Notes under the pieces: generated by a model
What the model was told of the DNA's origin: nothing
Database searches by the model: none
The model's input: only the letters and a program-made list of their open reading frames with translations
Origin: Octopus vulgaris
Taxonomy: Eukaryota
Assembly: GCA_951406725.2 (NCBI GenBank)
Contig: OX597818.1
Span: 46,686,001-46,750,000 of the forward strand
Reading direction: 5' to 3'
DNA length: 64,000 nucleotides
Position numbers and translations under genes: made by a program
Part shown: positions 52,067 to 63,292 of the stretch, piece after piece
How the letters are laid out: each line of letters opens with the position of its first letter
Numbering within the stretch: position 1 is the first letter of the stretch

Positions 52067-52846
52067 TTCTTTATTGCCCACAAGGGGCTAAACATAGAGG
52101 GGACAAACAATGACAGACAAAGGAACTAAGTCGATTACATGGACACCAGTGCGTGACTGGTACTTATTTAATCGCCCCCGGCAGGATGAAAGGCAAAATC
52201 GACCTCGGCGGAATTTGAACTCAGAACGTAGCGGCAGACGAAATACCTATTTCTTTACTACACACAAGGGGCTAAACACAGAGAGGACAAACAAGGACAC
52301 ACAAACGGATTACGTCGATTATATCGACCCCAGTGCGTAACTGGTACTTAATTTATCGACCCCCAAAGGATGAAAGGCAAAGTCGACCTCGGCGGAATTT
52401 GAACTCAGAACGTAGCGGCAGACGAAATACCTATTTCTTTACTGCCCACAAGGGGCTAAACACAGAGAGGACAAACAAGGACAGACAAACAGATTAAGTC
52501 AATTATATCGACCCCAGTGCGTAACTGGTACTTAATTTATCGACCCCAAAGGATGAGAAGCAAAGTAGACCTCGGCGGAATTTGAACTCAGAACGTAACG
52601 GCAGACGAAATACCTATTTCTTTACTGCCCACAAGGGGCTAAACACAGAGAGGACAAACAAGGACAGACAAACAGATTAAGTCAATTATATCGACCCCAG
52701 TGCGTAACTGGTACTTAATTTATCGACCCCGAAAGGATGAAAGGTAAAGTCGACCCCGGCGGAATTTGAACTCAGAACGTAACGGCAGACGAAATACGGC
52801 TACGCATTTCGCCCGGCGTGCTAACGATTCTGCCAGCTCGTCGCCT
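52067..52846 (-). mobile_element. SINE-B tetramer (one head, four ~184-bp bodies)
   Basis: Junctions at 52240, 52424 and 52607. Confidence 0.93.
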
Positions 52847-52862
52847 GTAATTAATACATAGA

Positions 52863-53506
52863 TTGCGTTGCCCGATAAATTCGTTCGTTAATCCTTATTT
52901 TTCATTTACAATTTTTAAAAAATCAGTCGATTCTCTTGCCAATGTTCCAGGAGCTTGTCACTACCTTGACTGTAGAAATTATTGGTCTTGGCTCGAAGAA
53001 TTCATCGAGTCACATTTTCAGCGTCGTTGAACAAAAAAGCCTCGCAGACTATTGGAGAATGCCTGAAAAAGGTAATAATCTGAAGGTACTATATCAGGAA
53101 AAGGTGGATGCGGTAGAACTTCCCAACCTGGGGCGAGCATTGTCATTTTGAAGAAGCACGCCGTTTCACCGGTCGGGGCCTTAGGACCTTACCAATTGAA
53201 TGAAGGTGACGGGCTACCATATCAAAAGAGCATCCCATCTGCTGAACCATTTCCTTAGTGGATAGGCGCGGATCTTCGTGGATGAGTTTGTTCAATGGAT
53301 TCTTACTGAGCAGGTCTGCCGGAATGCGAAGATTTTGTGAGGACGAAATTCCCCTCCTTGGAACGTGATACCCATTTCTGTGTAGTTCTTCCTGTAAGAG
53401 CATTTTCTCCATACTCAGCACAATTGTCTCGACCTGCTTTGGCAGCTTTGAAACCTTGATTAAAAGCCAAGAGAAACAGGTGTCGAAAATGTTCATTTTT
53501 TTTTTC

Positions 53507-53544
<38 letters not shown>

Positions 53545-53715
53545 TGGCACTCCAAAGTCATAGGTATGAAAAGAGAAAATCTATTCAAATTTCACAAACA
53601 ATAAGCAAAAATTGTAGAGGAATAGAGATAAAAAAAAAAAAGAAACCCACAAAACACTGCATAATATTTTCAAATAACATTGGAACGAAACGAACGAATT
53701 TATCTGACAATTTAA

Positions 53716-53718
<3 letters not shown>
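52863..53718 (-). mobile_element. Decayed mariner element with TIR remnants
   Basis: GATAAATTCGTTCGTT ... AACGAACGAATTTATC. The ORF has LIHEDPRLSTKEMVQQMGCSFDMVARHLHSIGKV (HTH). Confidence 0.8.
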
Positions 53719-53769
<51 letters not shown>

Positions 53770-53772
<3 letters not shown>

Positions 53773-53891
53773 GTGATTCAAAAGTCACCATACATAGGAA
53801 AACATTTTTTTATAAGAAACAGTTTTAAATAAGAAAAATTGTTTCTTATAAAAAAATAAATTTGTTCTTATGTATGGCGACTTTTGAATCT

Positions 53892-53896
<5 letters not shown>
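53770..53896. mobile_element. Tc1-like palindromic MITE inserted in (TA)n
   Basis: CAGGTGATTCAAAAGTCACCATACATA ... TATGTATGGCGACTTTTGAATCTCCCT; nearly the whole element folds back on itself. Confidence 0.85.
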
Positions 53897-53942
<46 letters not shown>

Positions 53943-54028
53943 TAGATAGATAGATATATATATATAAATTTCTTTTCTACCAGTGGTCTAGCGAGAAGGA
54001 AAAAACTAGTCAATAAACTATATATTAT

Positions 54029-54331
54029 TCATTCCCTTTCGAAATTACCCCTAATAGTGGTTTGGAGTTTAACTACTCCTTCTAGCGGGTCAGATGTCCT
54101 GTTATGGCCATCTCAAAATTATAACGTAAACACGAAGCATGTTCTATATCGCTTCGTCTTTATATGTTAATCTTGGCTTTCCTACTGACGAGAGCTTTGC
54201 CAAGGTAAATTATTTTATTTACTGGAGAGTAAATGTTTTTATTTCTCATTCCCTTTCGAAATTACCCCTAATAGTGGTTTGGAGTTTAACTACTCTTTCT
54301 AGCGGGTCAGATGACCTGTTATGGCCATCTC
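54029..54331 (+). repeat. 86-bp direct repeat with a 217-bp period, containing a hammerhead-like motif (Penelope/retrozyme-like)
   Basis: Copies at 54029-54114 and 54246-54331; CTGACGA at 54185 and GAAA at 54258. Confidence 0.7.
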
Positions 54332-54350
54332 TTATGTGTTTAAATGTACA

Positions 54351-54405
<55 letters not shown>

Positions 54406-54719
54406 AAATAAGAAAATGGAGAAATATATCTAAATCATTCATCAACTATCAGATAATACCGAATCATATATTTTATTAAAACACTACACAAGAGCATTAA
54501 GATTAGACATTAATACAGTACAATAATTACAATCAATATAATGAGATATAACTAAATAAATATAACAAGATATAAAAATACATATACATTATAACTGACA
54601 GCTGTTTCGGCCATGCAGATAAGTATGTCTCATTTAACCTATATTAGCCATATATTGCAGGTATAAATGAGTGGAAAGAGGTAAGTTAATAGGTTCCACT
54701 CTTGATATCGGGCTTCACT

Positions 54720-54960
54720 TACAATTAGTATTTCCAGTTGGTAGTCCCCATCTTATCCAGAATACCAATCTACTGGAAGCTCTCCAGAGACGTGCAACCA
54801 GACAAATAGACTTCGTAGTCAGTCATCTTGCCTTGAACCTCTTTCTTCTCTGGGCACCGACACACTAAAGCCTTGACGTCTGACGTGATAAAAAGCCCTC
54901 AAGGTTATTCACCATGTTTCCAACCACAACTCTGGCCACTTTTTTAAAATTCTATAATTC
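54720..54960 (+). mobile_element. CR1/L2-like LINE RT C-terminal remnant
   Basis: PVGSPHLIQNTNLLEALQRRATR resembles the VWSPHL..DI..LE.VQRRATK motif. Confidence 0.7.
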
Positions 54961-55009
54961 CATACTCTTCTGTGAGTGGAAACACAAAAATAAAAAAGAA
55001 AAAACAATG

Positions 55010-55492
55010 CGGCGTAAGAGTGGCTGTGTGGTAAGTAGCTTGCTTAACAGTCACATGGTTCCGGGTTCAGTCCCACTGCGTGGCACCTTGGCCAAATGTC
55101 TTCTACTATAGCCTCGGGCCAATCAAAGCTTTGTGAGTGGATTTGGTAGGTGGAAACTGAAAAAAGTCCGTCGTATATATGTATGTGTGTACGTTTGTGT
55201 GTCTGTGTTTGTCCCCCCAACATCGCTTGACAACCGATGCTGGTGTGTTTACGTCCCCGTAACTTAGCGGTTCGGCAAAAGCAACCGATAGTACTAGGCT
55301 TCCTGAGAATAAGTCCTGGAGTCGATTTGATCGACTAAAGGCGGTGGTCCAGCATGGCTACAGTTAAATGACTGAAACAAGTAAAAGAGTAAAAGAGTAT
55401 GACATTTAAAAATAAGTACTGGAGTCGATTCGTTCGTCTAAAATGTTTCTTCGAGGCAGTGCCCCACCATGGCTGCAGACTAAAACAAGTAA
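55010..55492 (+). mobile_element. SINE family A plus a second tail fragment
   Basis: Matches the family consensus. Confidence 0.88.
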
Positions 55493-55874
55493 GCAGGTTG
55501 AAGAGGCTGACCTCCCCTGTTCGAAGGTTTAATAACGGACGCAGTTTGTGTGTCAAGTAGCTAGCTTGAGGCGATGGCTTCATGGAGCTAATCAGCGACG
55601 GCTTTATTCTTATTTTTAAGAATGCCATATTAGTATGGCGATAACTATTAATTTCCAGAAACGCTGTCGTAATCTCTTTTAAAGAGACTTAGTAATTTTA
55701 ATATTTCTATTATTGAAAACAAGTGGATGTATTCCACCGTAACTAGGTAAAATCTTCGAACAGAGACGGTCAGTAGCGTCACCTGCAGGTCTGACTACGC
55801 TGCATTGATAAGGGGCAACAACCCTGAAACATGTCTGTAGCTGTCGGACTAGCAGGTTGAAGCGGCTGACCTCC
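55492..55874 (+). mobile_element. Putative retrozyme or Penelope-dependent non-autonomous element (359-bp unit with 24-bp terminal redundancy)
   Basis: AGCAGGTTGAAG(A/C)GGCTGACCTCC at 55492-55515 and 55851-55874. It contains a hammerhead motif and no ORF. Confidence 0.6.
55789..55849 (+). ncRNA. Minimal type I hammerhead ribozyme (U3-A8 variant)
   Basis: Stem I GTCTGAC-tac-GCTGCA / TGTAGC-t-GTCGGAC; core TTGATAA; stem II GGGG-caacaa-CCCT; GAAA; palindromic stem III ACATGT; GTC cleavage triplet at 55833-55835. Confidence 0.75.
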
Positions 55875-55955
55875 TCTATATATATATATATATATATATA
55901 GTTATTCTCTCTGGGTTTTTTTTTTCAGTTTCTCTCTATTTATTTCCTGTTATTC

Positions 55956-55991
55956 CTTTCTGTTGAAGAGCATCGGCTCGAAACGTAAAAG
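55956..55991 (+). ncRNA. Degenerate hammerhead-like motif (Penelope-type terminal repeat remnant)
   Basis: CTTT CTGTTGA A GAGC-atcg-GCTC GAAA CGTA AAAG. The core deviates at A6. Confidence 0.45.
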
Positions 55992-56069
55992 ACTTTTCCT
56001 GAGTGTTAAACTAATACACATGTTTGTTATACCTACGCCTGTTTTTGTTTTTCTGTAAATTTGAACTAA

Positions 56070-56124
<55 letters not shown>

Positions 56125-56125
<1 letters not shown>

Positions 56126-56776
56126 GCATGGCTGTGTGGTAAGAAGCTTGCTTTCCAACCACAGTTCCGGGTTCAGTCCCACTGTGTGGCACCTTGGCCA
56201 AATTTCTTCTTCTAAAGCCTCGAGCCGACCAAAGCCTTGTAAGTGGATTTTGGTAGACGGAAACTGAAAGAAGCCTGTTGTATTGGGTTAAGGAATAATT
56301 CATGAGCGTCTTTTTTATTCTTTTTTTCCCAAATTTAAAAACGTACGCAGAAATAAAACCCATTAGCAAGATGCTTTGTTTTTCAAAAGAGAACATTTTG
56401 CTCTACAAGATTGTATGTTTTGATTTTTTAATTTTGTTGATTTTTGTGTATTTTCGGATCATTGAAATGGAATGTCAAGTGAACAAAACCGAGCATTTTC
56501 GACACCATTTGCTTTTGCATTTAACCGATGTGTTAAGGCTGCCGAATCTACTCGTGAGGTTTGTGATATATATATGGAGAAGTAATGCATCATAGTACCG
56601 CCTAGCATTGGTTTTCACGTTTCAAAATTGGGAAATTTGACCTCAAGGACGGATCACACACCGGTCGACCAACTGAGTTCGATGAAAAACGATCGAATCA
56701 ACTTTTTCACGAAAATCCACGTCAAACGACCAGAGAATTGGCGGAGTAGATGGATTGTGATAAAATGATGATGATG

Positions 56777-56829
<53 letters not shown>

Positions 56830-57460
56830 GCTGTAGTGAACCACCTTCATTCAATGGGCAAGGTTCAGAAACTCGGCGTTTGGATGCCACATACTTAGAG
56901 CAAAAGCAACAAAATTCAACGCTCCGCGATTGCTGCCCGTTTGCTCGCTCGACATTACTCAACACATGGTCACAAACAACATATTCTTCACCGCATTGTC
57001 ACTGGTGATGAAAAATGGTGTCTTCACGTCAATATGAAGCAGCGAAAAGAATGGCTCAGCCCCGACAAACAAGCGACTCTGCGTGCAAAAAGAGATCTTC
57101 ATCCTCGAATTCTTTGAGTCAAGACCGGGAGATTTCTATCGCCGAGGCATCGAAAAACTTATTGAACGATTGGAATTTTTTTTCTTTAAAATATATTTGA
57201 AAAAAAAAACGCGCATGAATTATTCCTCAACCCAATGTGTATGTGTGTGTGTGATCGTGTCTACTTTTGCCCCCACCACCGCTTGACAACCGGTTTTGGT
57301 GTGTTTACGAACTTAGAGGTTCAGCAGGACAGTCCAATAAAATAAGTCCCAAGCTTAGCAAAAAAAAAAAAATTAAATACTGGAGTCGATTCTTTCGGCT
57401 AAAATTTCTTTTAGGCGGTACTGTAGCATGGCCACAATCTGACTGAAACAGATAAAAGAT
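56125..57460 (+). mobile_element. SINE-A split by a mariner insertion
   Basis: Head at 56125-56282 and tail at 57236-57460. Confidence 0.8.
56283..57235 (+). mobile_element. Decayed mariner element with both TIRs and an (AAT)n insertion
   Basis: TTGGGTTAAGGAATAATTCATG ... CATGAATTATTCCTCAACCCAA. Peptides include WMPH and RIVTGDEKW (first catalytic Asp). Confidence 0.9.
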
Positions 57461-57992
57461 ACGTTTGGACTTTGATCCACGGTGGGACTTCGCCTTCAAA
57501 AGTTTTTCAACAGATACATCCACCAATATAGATACAGATACATGCAATAATTCTCCCAGCCATACTTATGATAGAAGACATACGCAGATGATGCTCTACG
57601 GTAGAAGTGAATTCAGAGCCACCTGATTGCAAAGCAAACTTCTTAATCATACTTAACTCGCTTTTTCTATGAATTTTTCAATGCTTTTAAGTATCTATCA
57701 GTACAAGGGAAGAAACTCTGTTTTGTTCAATGATTCTCTCCCTTGTTTCATTCACTGTTCTAAGGGATATAATTTGCAATTTTGTGCCCAGTTCTTTACT
57801 CGTTTCATTTCATGCAACCAAGAACCAACAGATTATTATTATTATTGTTTCTTTTTGGAAAGGTGATATACTCCGATTATATTTTACAGAAATCTTATTT
57901 AAAAAGATGCATATGAATGTTGGAAAACATTTCCTAATTTGAACTTCGTATAGAATTAAAAATTGTCCAAATATTTCCAAAGGATGTTATTG

Positions 57993-58401
57993 GGATCTTT
58001 TCTGTTTGAACTGCAGTTTTTTTAGCGGTGTCATATGAAATTGTCACCCATAATTATGACCCTAGTATCGATCTATTGCATTTCAATCTGTTTTAGGGTT
58101 AGGGGTGGGGGGAAGGGTATCTTTTTTCTTCAGAAATGTAAATAAACCCAATCTGTTTCTTAAACGAGGGACATATTCATACGGCACAGAATGTTTTCAC
58201 CTCAATAGACGTCATTGATTGGTTGAAATTGCAGAAATTGAAGAAGAAAAACAACAAATATCTTACAAACTATAGAATTTTCTCAATAAAGCCAAGAGAA
58301 AAAGATGTTTTATAAACACATTCTACCAGTATACGAAGTTTAAAAGTGTTTAGTTACATGGAAATTATTTTTAAAAACTGCCGTTCAAACCGAAAAGATC
58401 C
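57993..58401. mobile_element. MITE with GGATCTTTTC TIRs and a perfect 8-bp TSD (possibly Merlin-type)
   Basis: TGTTATTG|GGATCTTTTCTGTTTGAAC ... GTTCAAACCGAAAAGATCC|TGTTATTG. Confidence 0.9.
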
Positions 58402-59719
58402 TGTTATTGCAGGTAATAAGCACCTATATAGATTTGTAGATGCTACTTCACAGCGGCATCACGTCTAGGTGGGGAACCTATACCCCAAAGAAACCGGGAA
58501 ACCGGCCCTTATGAGCTAGCGAGATGGATAACTTTTTACCAGCTGAAAATATTTAGAATACCATTATTTGTTATGTTTACTTCAAAATGAGATCCAGTGT
58601 TCGTTCTGTGTATACATTCGCTTTTTTTACAAAAAAAAAAAATTTTTTTAACATTTTCAGTTAAAAAAAAACATTTTCAATTAAGCAGTTAAAAAGCCGA
58701 TATTAGGAATATATAAGGCCAAACAGACATGAGACAGTGTATGAGTGACCCCATTCGTGTGAATAAATCTCATGAATAATTATTCAGAAAATGGGGATTC
58801 TTATAGAACCACCGTTTTCTGAATAATCTTAGATGTGACTCTTGTGTCTCATGCTAAAGCAGGCTCAAAATTCACAGCTCATTACTATGGAAATTACATC
58901 AATATCTTAAATAGGAAAAGTCTGGAAGATTCTGTGACTTGAGCATACTAAATATATGTTAGTCTCTTAAAGCAGAATTCAGGACTCATCACTATAAATA
59001 TCATTGAGAAGCAATTTGCTAGAAAATAATTCCAAATTTGTGAGTACCTTCCTTGTTTGGGATACAGAATGTCGTGCTGCTCATTTATAAGAAATGATGC
59101 TACACTCATATGGTTAGACTTGAACAGCTATCATATCAAATCATATATTTCCTCATTATATTGTTATATGTTATATAATTCTTGAGTACATAAGGTAATC
59201 ACTTGAAAGTACTTCCTCATTGAAATGGGGATTATTTATAAGACGGATGTTTGATTAAGTAGAAACTGCTCAGTGAAAATATTTTGAAAATCAGAATGGC
59301 AAATTCAGTTTGCATTCTTGACTGTATTTAGGCAAACTTATCGAATGCTTGAAATATTTTGTTGAGTTATTGAATTGAAAACTCTATGAATCTTTCTTGA
59401 AACCAAACTCTAGGATGTTAGGCTTCAAAAAGATATGGTTGAATTATCTTATAATTCTACAGGCCCTTATTCTCTTCAGCATACTGTACAGTATTTAGAT
59501 TTGCATTAAATTCTCCAATTATTTGTGGGTGTCTTATTCTTGGTTATATTGAGTGTCCCAGACTGGATTCGAAGTTGGAACCTTATAGTATAGAGTCTTA
59601 ATTAAAATCCATTCCTAATTCAAATCCAGTCTTGAACTTTCTCCAATGAAGAAGAAAGGTCAAAACAGTATAGATGTAATAATAATGAAATTATTGTAAA
59701 CTGTAAATATACAGTTTAA

Positions 59720-59935
59720 CCCTTTCAATACCAACCTGCCTGAAACCGCCTCAGGCTCTGTAGTACAAATGTCTTGTTTTCTTGAGTTTTGAGTTGAAAT
59801 CTTCCACCAGACCTGAGTCACAATTTATGTTCCTAACATTAGCTGAATGATAACAAAGTTATTTTACTAAATTCTTTGTCACATTTAAAGTAATTGAAAG
59901 AAACACAGAGCATCTCAAAACAAATACAATAACAT
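59720..59935 (+). mobile_element. piggyBac-like MITE family member
   Basis: TTAA|CCCTTTC start; similar to 10260-10480. Confidence 0.55.
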
Positions 59936-60339
59936 GAAATTAATAATCTAGAAAACTATAAGCTTATCAACAATTAATCTCAGGCATTTAAACATAGTTA
60001 ATATTTAATGGTCTTGTTACATAAAAACAACTAAATCAATGAGCACAGGCAGAGGCGTAAGAAATCACTGTGGATAGTGAATCAATTAGTTTCTCATTAG
60101 TCAGCTGTTTGTATTTTTGTCATAATCTCCCAGCAGCTATATCTATTCTGTACATATGTACATAGTATCAACATTATTTTTGAGCATATGTGTACATTTC
60201 TACATCACCACAGCCTCTTATATCAACTGCCTGGATTCTTCTTCCTATGAGTTGAAATGTTTCCTGTATTACCAGCATTTTGTGACTGTTATGATGGATA
60301 CATAGCATCGATGTCCTTTATTTTTGTGCTTGGATGCAT

Positions 60340-60860
60340 TTTAAATTACTTGCGAAGACGAAACTCTGCTTGTAAAGACCTGTTGAGGCAAGTGAAATAG
60401 AAATCAAAAAATCGATGACTAGCATCTGTGCTAGTGGAGCACTAAGAGCACCATCCGAGCGTGATTGTTGCCAGAGCAGCCAACTGGCCTCCGTGCCGGT
60501 GGCACGTAAAAGGCACCATTCGAGCGTGATTGTTACCAGCGTTGCCTCACTGACACTTGTGCCGGTGGCACATGAAAAGACATTCGAGTGAGGTCGTTGC
60601 CAGTGCCACTGGGCTGGTTCCTGTGCAGGTGGCACATAAAAAACACCATTTGAGCATGGCCATTGCCAGTACTGCCTGACTGGCCCTTGTGCCAGTGGCA
60701 CATAAAAGCACCCACAACACTCTTGGAGTGGTTGGCATTAGGAAGGGCATCCAGCTATAGAAACTCTGCTAGATCAGATTGGAGCCTGGTGCAACCATCT
60801 GGTTCGCAAGTCCTCAGTCAAATCGTCCAACCCATGCTAGCATCATGATGATGATGATTG
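60340..60860 (+). mobile_element. SINE-like element with five ~65-bp internal repeats, an RTE/Ceph-like segment and a (GAT)n tail
   Basis: GTGCCGGTGGCACGTAAAA-type units near 60428, 60493, 60559, 60623 and 60689, then GGCATTAGGAAGGGCATCCAGC. Confidence 0.75.
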
Positions 60861-60979
60861 ATTCATACAGTGCACTTTCTTATGTTAGTCTTCCTATGAA
60901 TTTTAGTGTTACCATTATACTTTGTCTCATAGGCCACCATAATACTCAGTCCTTGTTGCTGTGTAGTAGCTTGTGTGTC

Positions 60980-61795
60980 TCAATGACCCTGAAAGTTATA
61001 TCACTGGAGTGCAAGCTCCTGGTAAGGTTTCCCATGCTGGACAGTGTCAAAAGATAGAGACCAGACTCAGGTGTGCTACTACTTCATACAGGTAAAAATA
61101 GGTTTGTGAAGGAGCAACAACCCTACCTAGAAAAAAGAAAGTTACAAAAGCATCAATGACAATTCAAAACCAACAAGATCTGGGAAAGGATGTTCTTCCC
61201 CCCAGGGAGAACAGCCCAGAGTCAAGAACAGTATGGAAATGTCATTGATGGTTGGTGTTCCATAGGGAGAAAAGGATTTAGGTAAGTTGTGTCATAGGAA
61301 TGGAAAATCAAATTTCAATCCAAGCAGAGCCAATGCTATAAATTCTAATTATTTGACAAAACAATGTTAATAACATTAATTTCTTGTGACACAGTCTGTC
61401 TAGAAATAAGTTACTATTTACCAAATCACAGAGTTCTAATAACTTATTTAAATGGATGAAACTTTGTGAAATTGGCTATTACTTATTTAAGCCCTTTGCT
61501 CCCTGAGAAGCATAGGCCATTGGCTTTTCTCCACTGTTCTCAACTATGGGCAGGGCCCTCCCTCAGTATGGAAGGCCTTCTTCTTTCAGGTCTTGTTGGT
61601 TTTGAACTGTCATTGATGATTCTGTAACTTTGCTTTTTTTCTAGCTAGAGGTATGGCCCCCTACACAAAGGGGTGATACATATTGTCTGACCTCTATTCT
61701 TTAACCTGTTCAGCATGAGAGGTCCTACCAAGAGTTTGTACTCTGTCTGTACCGACATTGCTCCTAGGGTCATTTAAGTACACCAGCCATCACTC
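60980..61795. mobile_element. Two short RTE-derived non-autonomous elements, tail to tail (+ ~60980-61285; - ~61485-61795)
   Basis: Both share CATCAATGACA(A/G)TTCAAAACCAACAAGA and GGTA(A/G)G..TC(C/T)CATGCTG segments, in inverted orientation. Confidence 0.6.
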
Positions 61796-61908
61796 TGCAA
61801 TGAGGACTTGACCTCATAAGATTTAAATCCAGAATACAGATGAATATAAATCATTTAATCTTCTGCTCTACCAAGATATAACCCTTTCCTATATTATTAT
61901 TACCCAGA

Positions 61909-62505
61909 AGGCGGCAAGCTGGAAGACACGTTAGCATGCCAGGCAAAATGCTTAGCGGTATTTCGTCTGCCTTAACATTCTGATTTCAAATTCTGCAGAG
62001 GTCGACTTTGCCTTTCATCTTTTCGGGGTCGATAAATTAAGTACCAGTTACACACTGGGGTCAATGTAATTGACTTAATCCATTTGTCTGTCCTTGTTTG
62101 TCCCCTCTGTGTTTAGCCCCTTGTGGATAGGTATTTCGTCAGTCTTAACATTCTGAGTTCAAATTCCGCCAAGGTTGACTTTGCCTTTCATCCTTTCAGG
62201 GTCAATAAATTAAGTACCAGTTATGTACTGGGGTCAATCTAATCGACTGCTCCACTCCCCAGAAATTTCGGGCCTTGTGCCTAGAGTAGAAAAGTATATT
62301 ATAGCTTTCCAAGTAGCAAGCTGACAGAATTGTTAGCACGCCTGGCAAAAAATGCTTAGAGACATTTTGCCCGTCTCTACGTTCTGAGTTCACATTCTGC
62401 CAAAGTTGACTTTGTCTTTCATCCTTTCAAGGTCCATAAATAAGTATCAGGTGAGCACTGGGGTCAATGTAATCAGTTTACACCCTCCCCACAAAATTTG
62501 AAACC
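61909..62505 (+). mobile_element. SINE-B dimer and an older SINE-B, CpG-decayed
   Basis: Matches the consensus, with many CG>TG/CA changes. Confidence 0.88.
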
Positions 62506-62709
62506 TATATTATTATTACCCATTAATAGAGGATCAGGAGAACTGTAGAATGGATAGAGTATCAGATAAAAAATACCTTGCAGTTTTAATTATGGCCTCT
62601 TACATTCTAAGTTCAAATTCTATAGAGGTCAACTTTGATTTCATCTTTCCAGGTGGTGGGTCAACAAAATAAAATACAAATCGAGTGCTGTAGTTAATTT
62701 AATCAATTA

Positions 62710-63012
62710 TGTTCGTTGTTTGTTCCTTCTCGAGCCATGCCTGGGTCATAGGGCAGGTTTCCCAGTTTCCTTGGCATATAGGTTCCCCACCTGGACAGGA
62801 CGCCAGTCCATTGCAGATGAACTGCAAGATGCAGGAGGAAAAAGTGAGAGAAAATTGTGGCAAAAGAGTCAGCAGAAGTTCGCCATTACCTTCTGCTGGA
62901 GCCGCATAGAGTTTAGGAGTTTCTTAAACACACACATCGCCTGGTCTGAGATTCGAACCTTCGATCCCTCGACCGCAAGTCCGCTGCTCTAACCACTAAG
63001 CCATGTGCCTCC
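62710..63012 (-). mobile_element. SINE family D
   Basis: Reverse complement of 17019-17321, with CpG decay. Confidence 0.88.
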
Positions 63013-63024
63013 ACTTAATTATAT

Positions 63025-63292
63025 AGCCAGTTATGCACTGGGGGGTCGATATAATTGACTTAATCCGTTCGCTTGTCCTCTCTGTGTTTAGCCCCTTGTG
63101 GGTAGTAAAGAAATAAGTATTTCATCTGCCGTTAAGTTCTGAGTTCAAATTCTGCTGAGGTCAACTTTGCCTTTCATCTTTTCAGGGTCAATAAATTAAG
63201 TACCAGTTATGCACTGGGGTCGATGTAATCGACTTAATCCATTTGTCTGTCCCCTCTATGTTTAGCCCCTTGTGGGCAATAAAGAAATAAGA
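63025..63292 (+). mobile_element. SINE-B multimer fragment
   Basis: Junction near 63110; the terminal unit ends GGGCAATAAAGAAAT. Confidence 0.88.
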
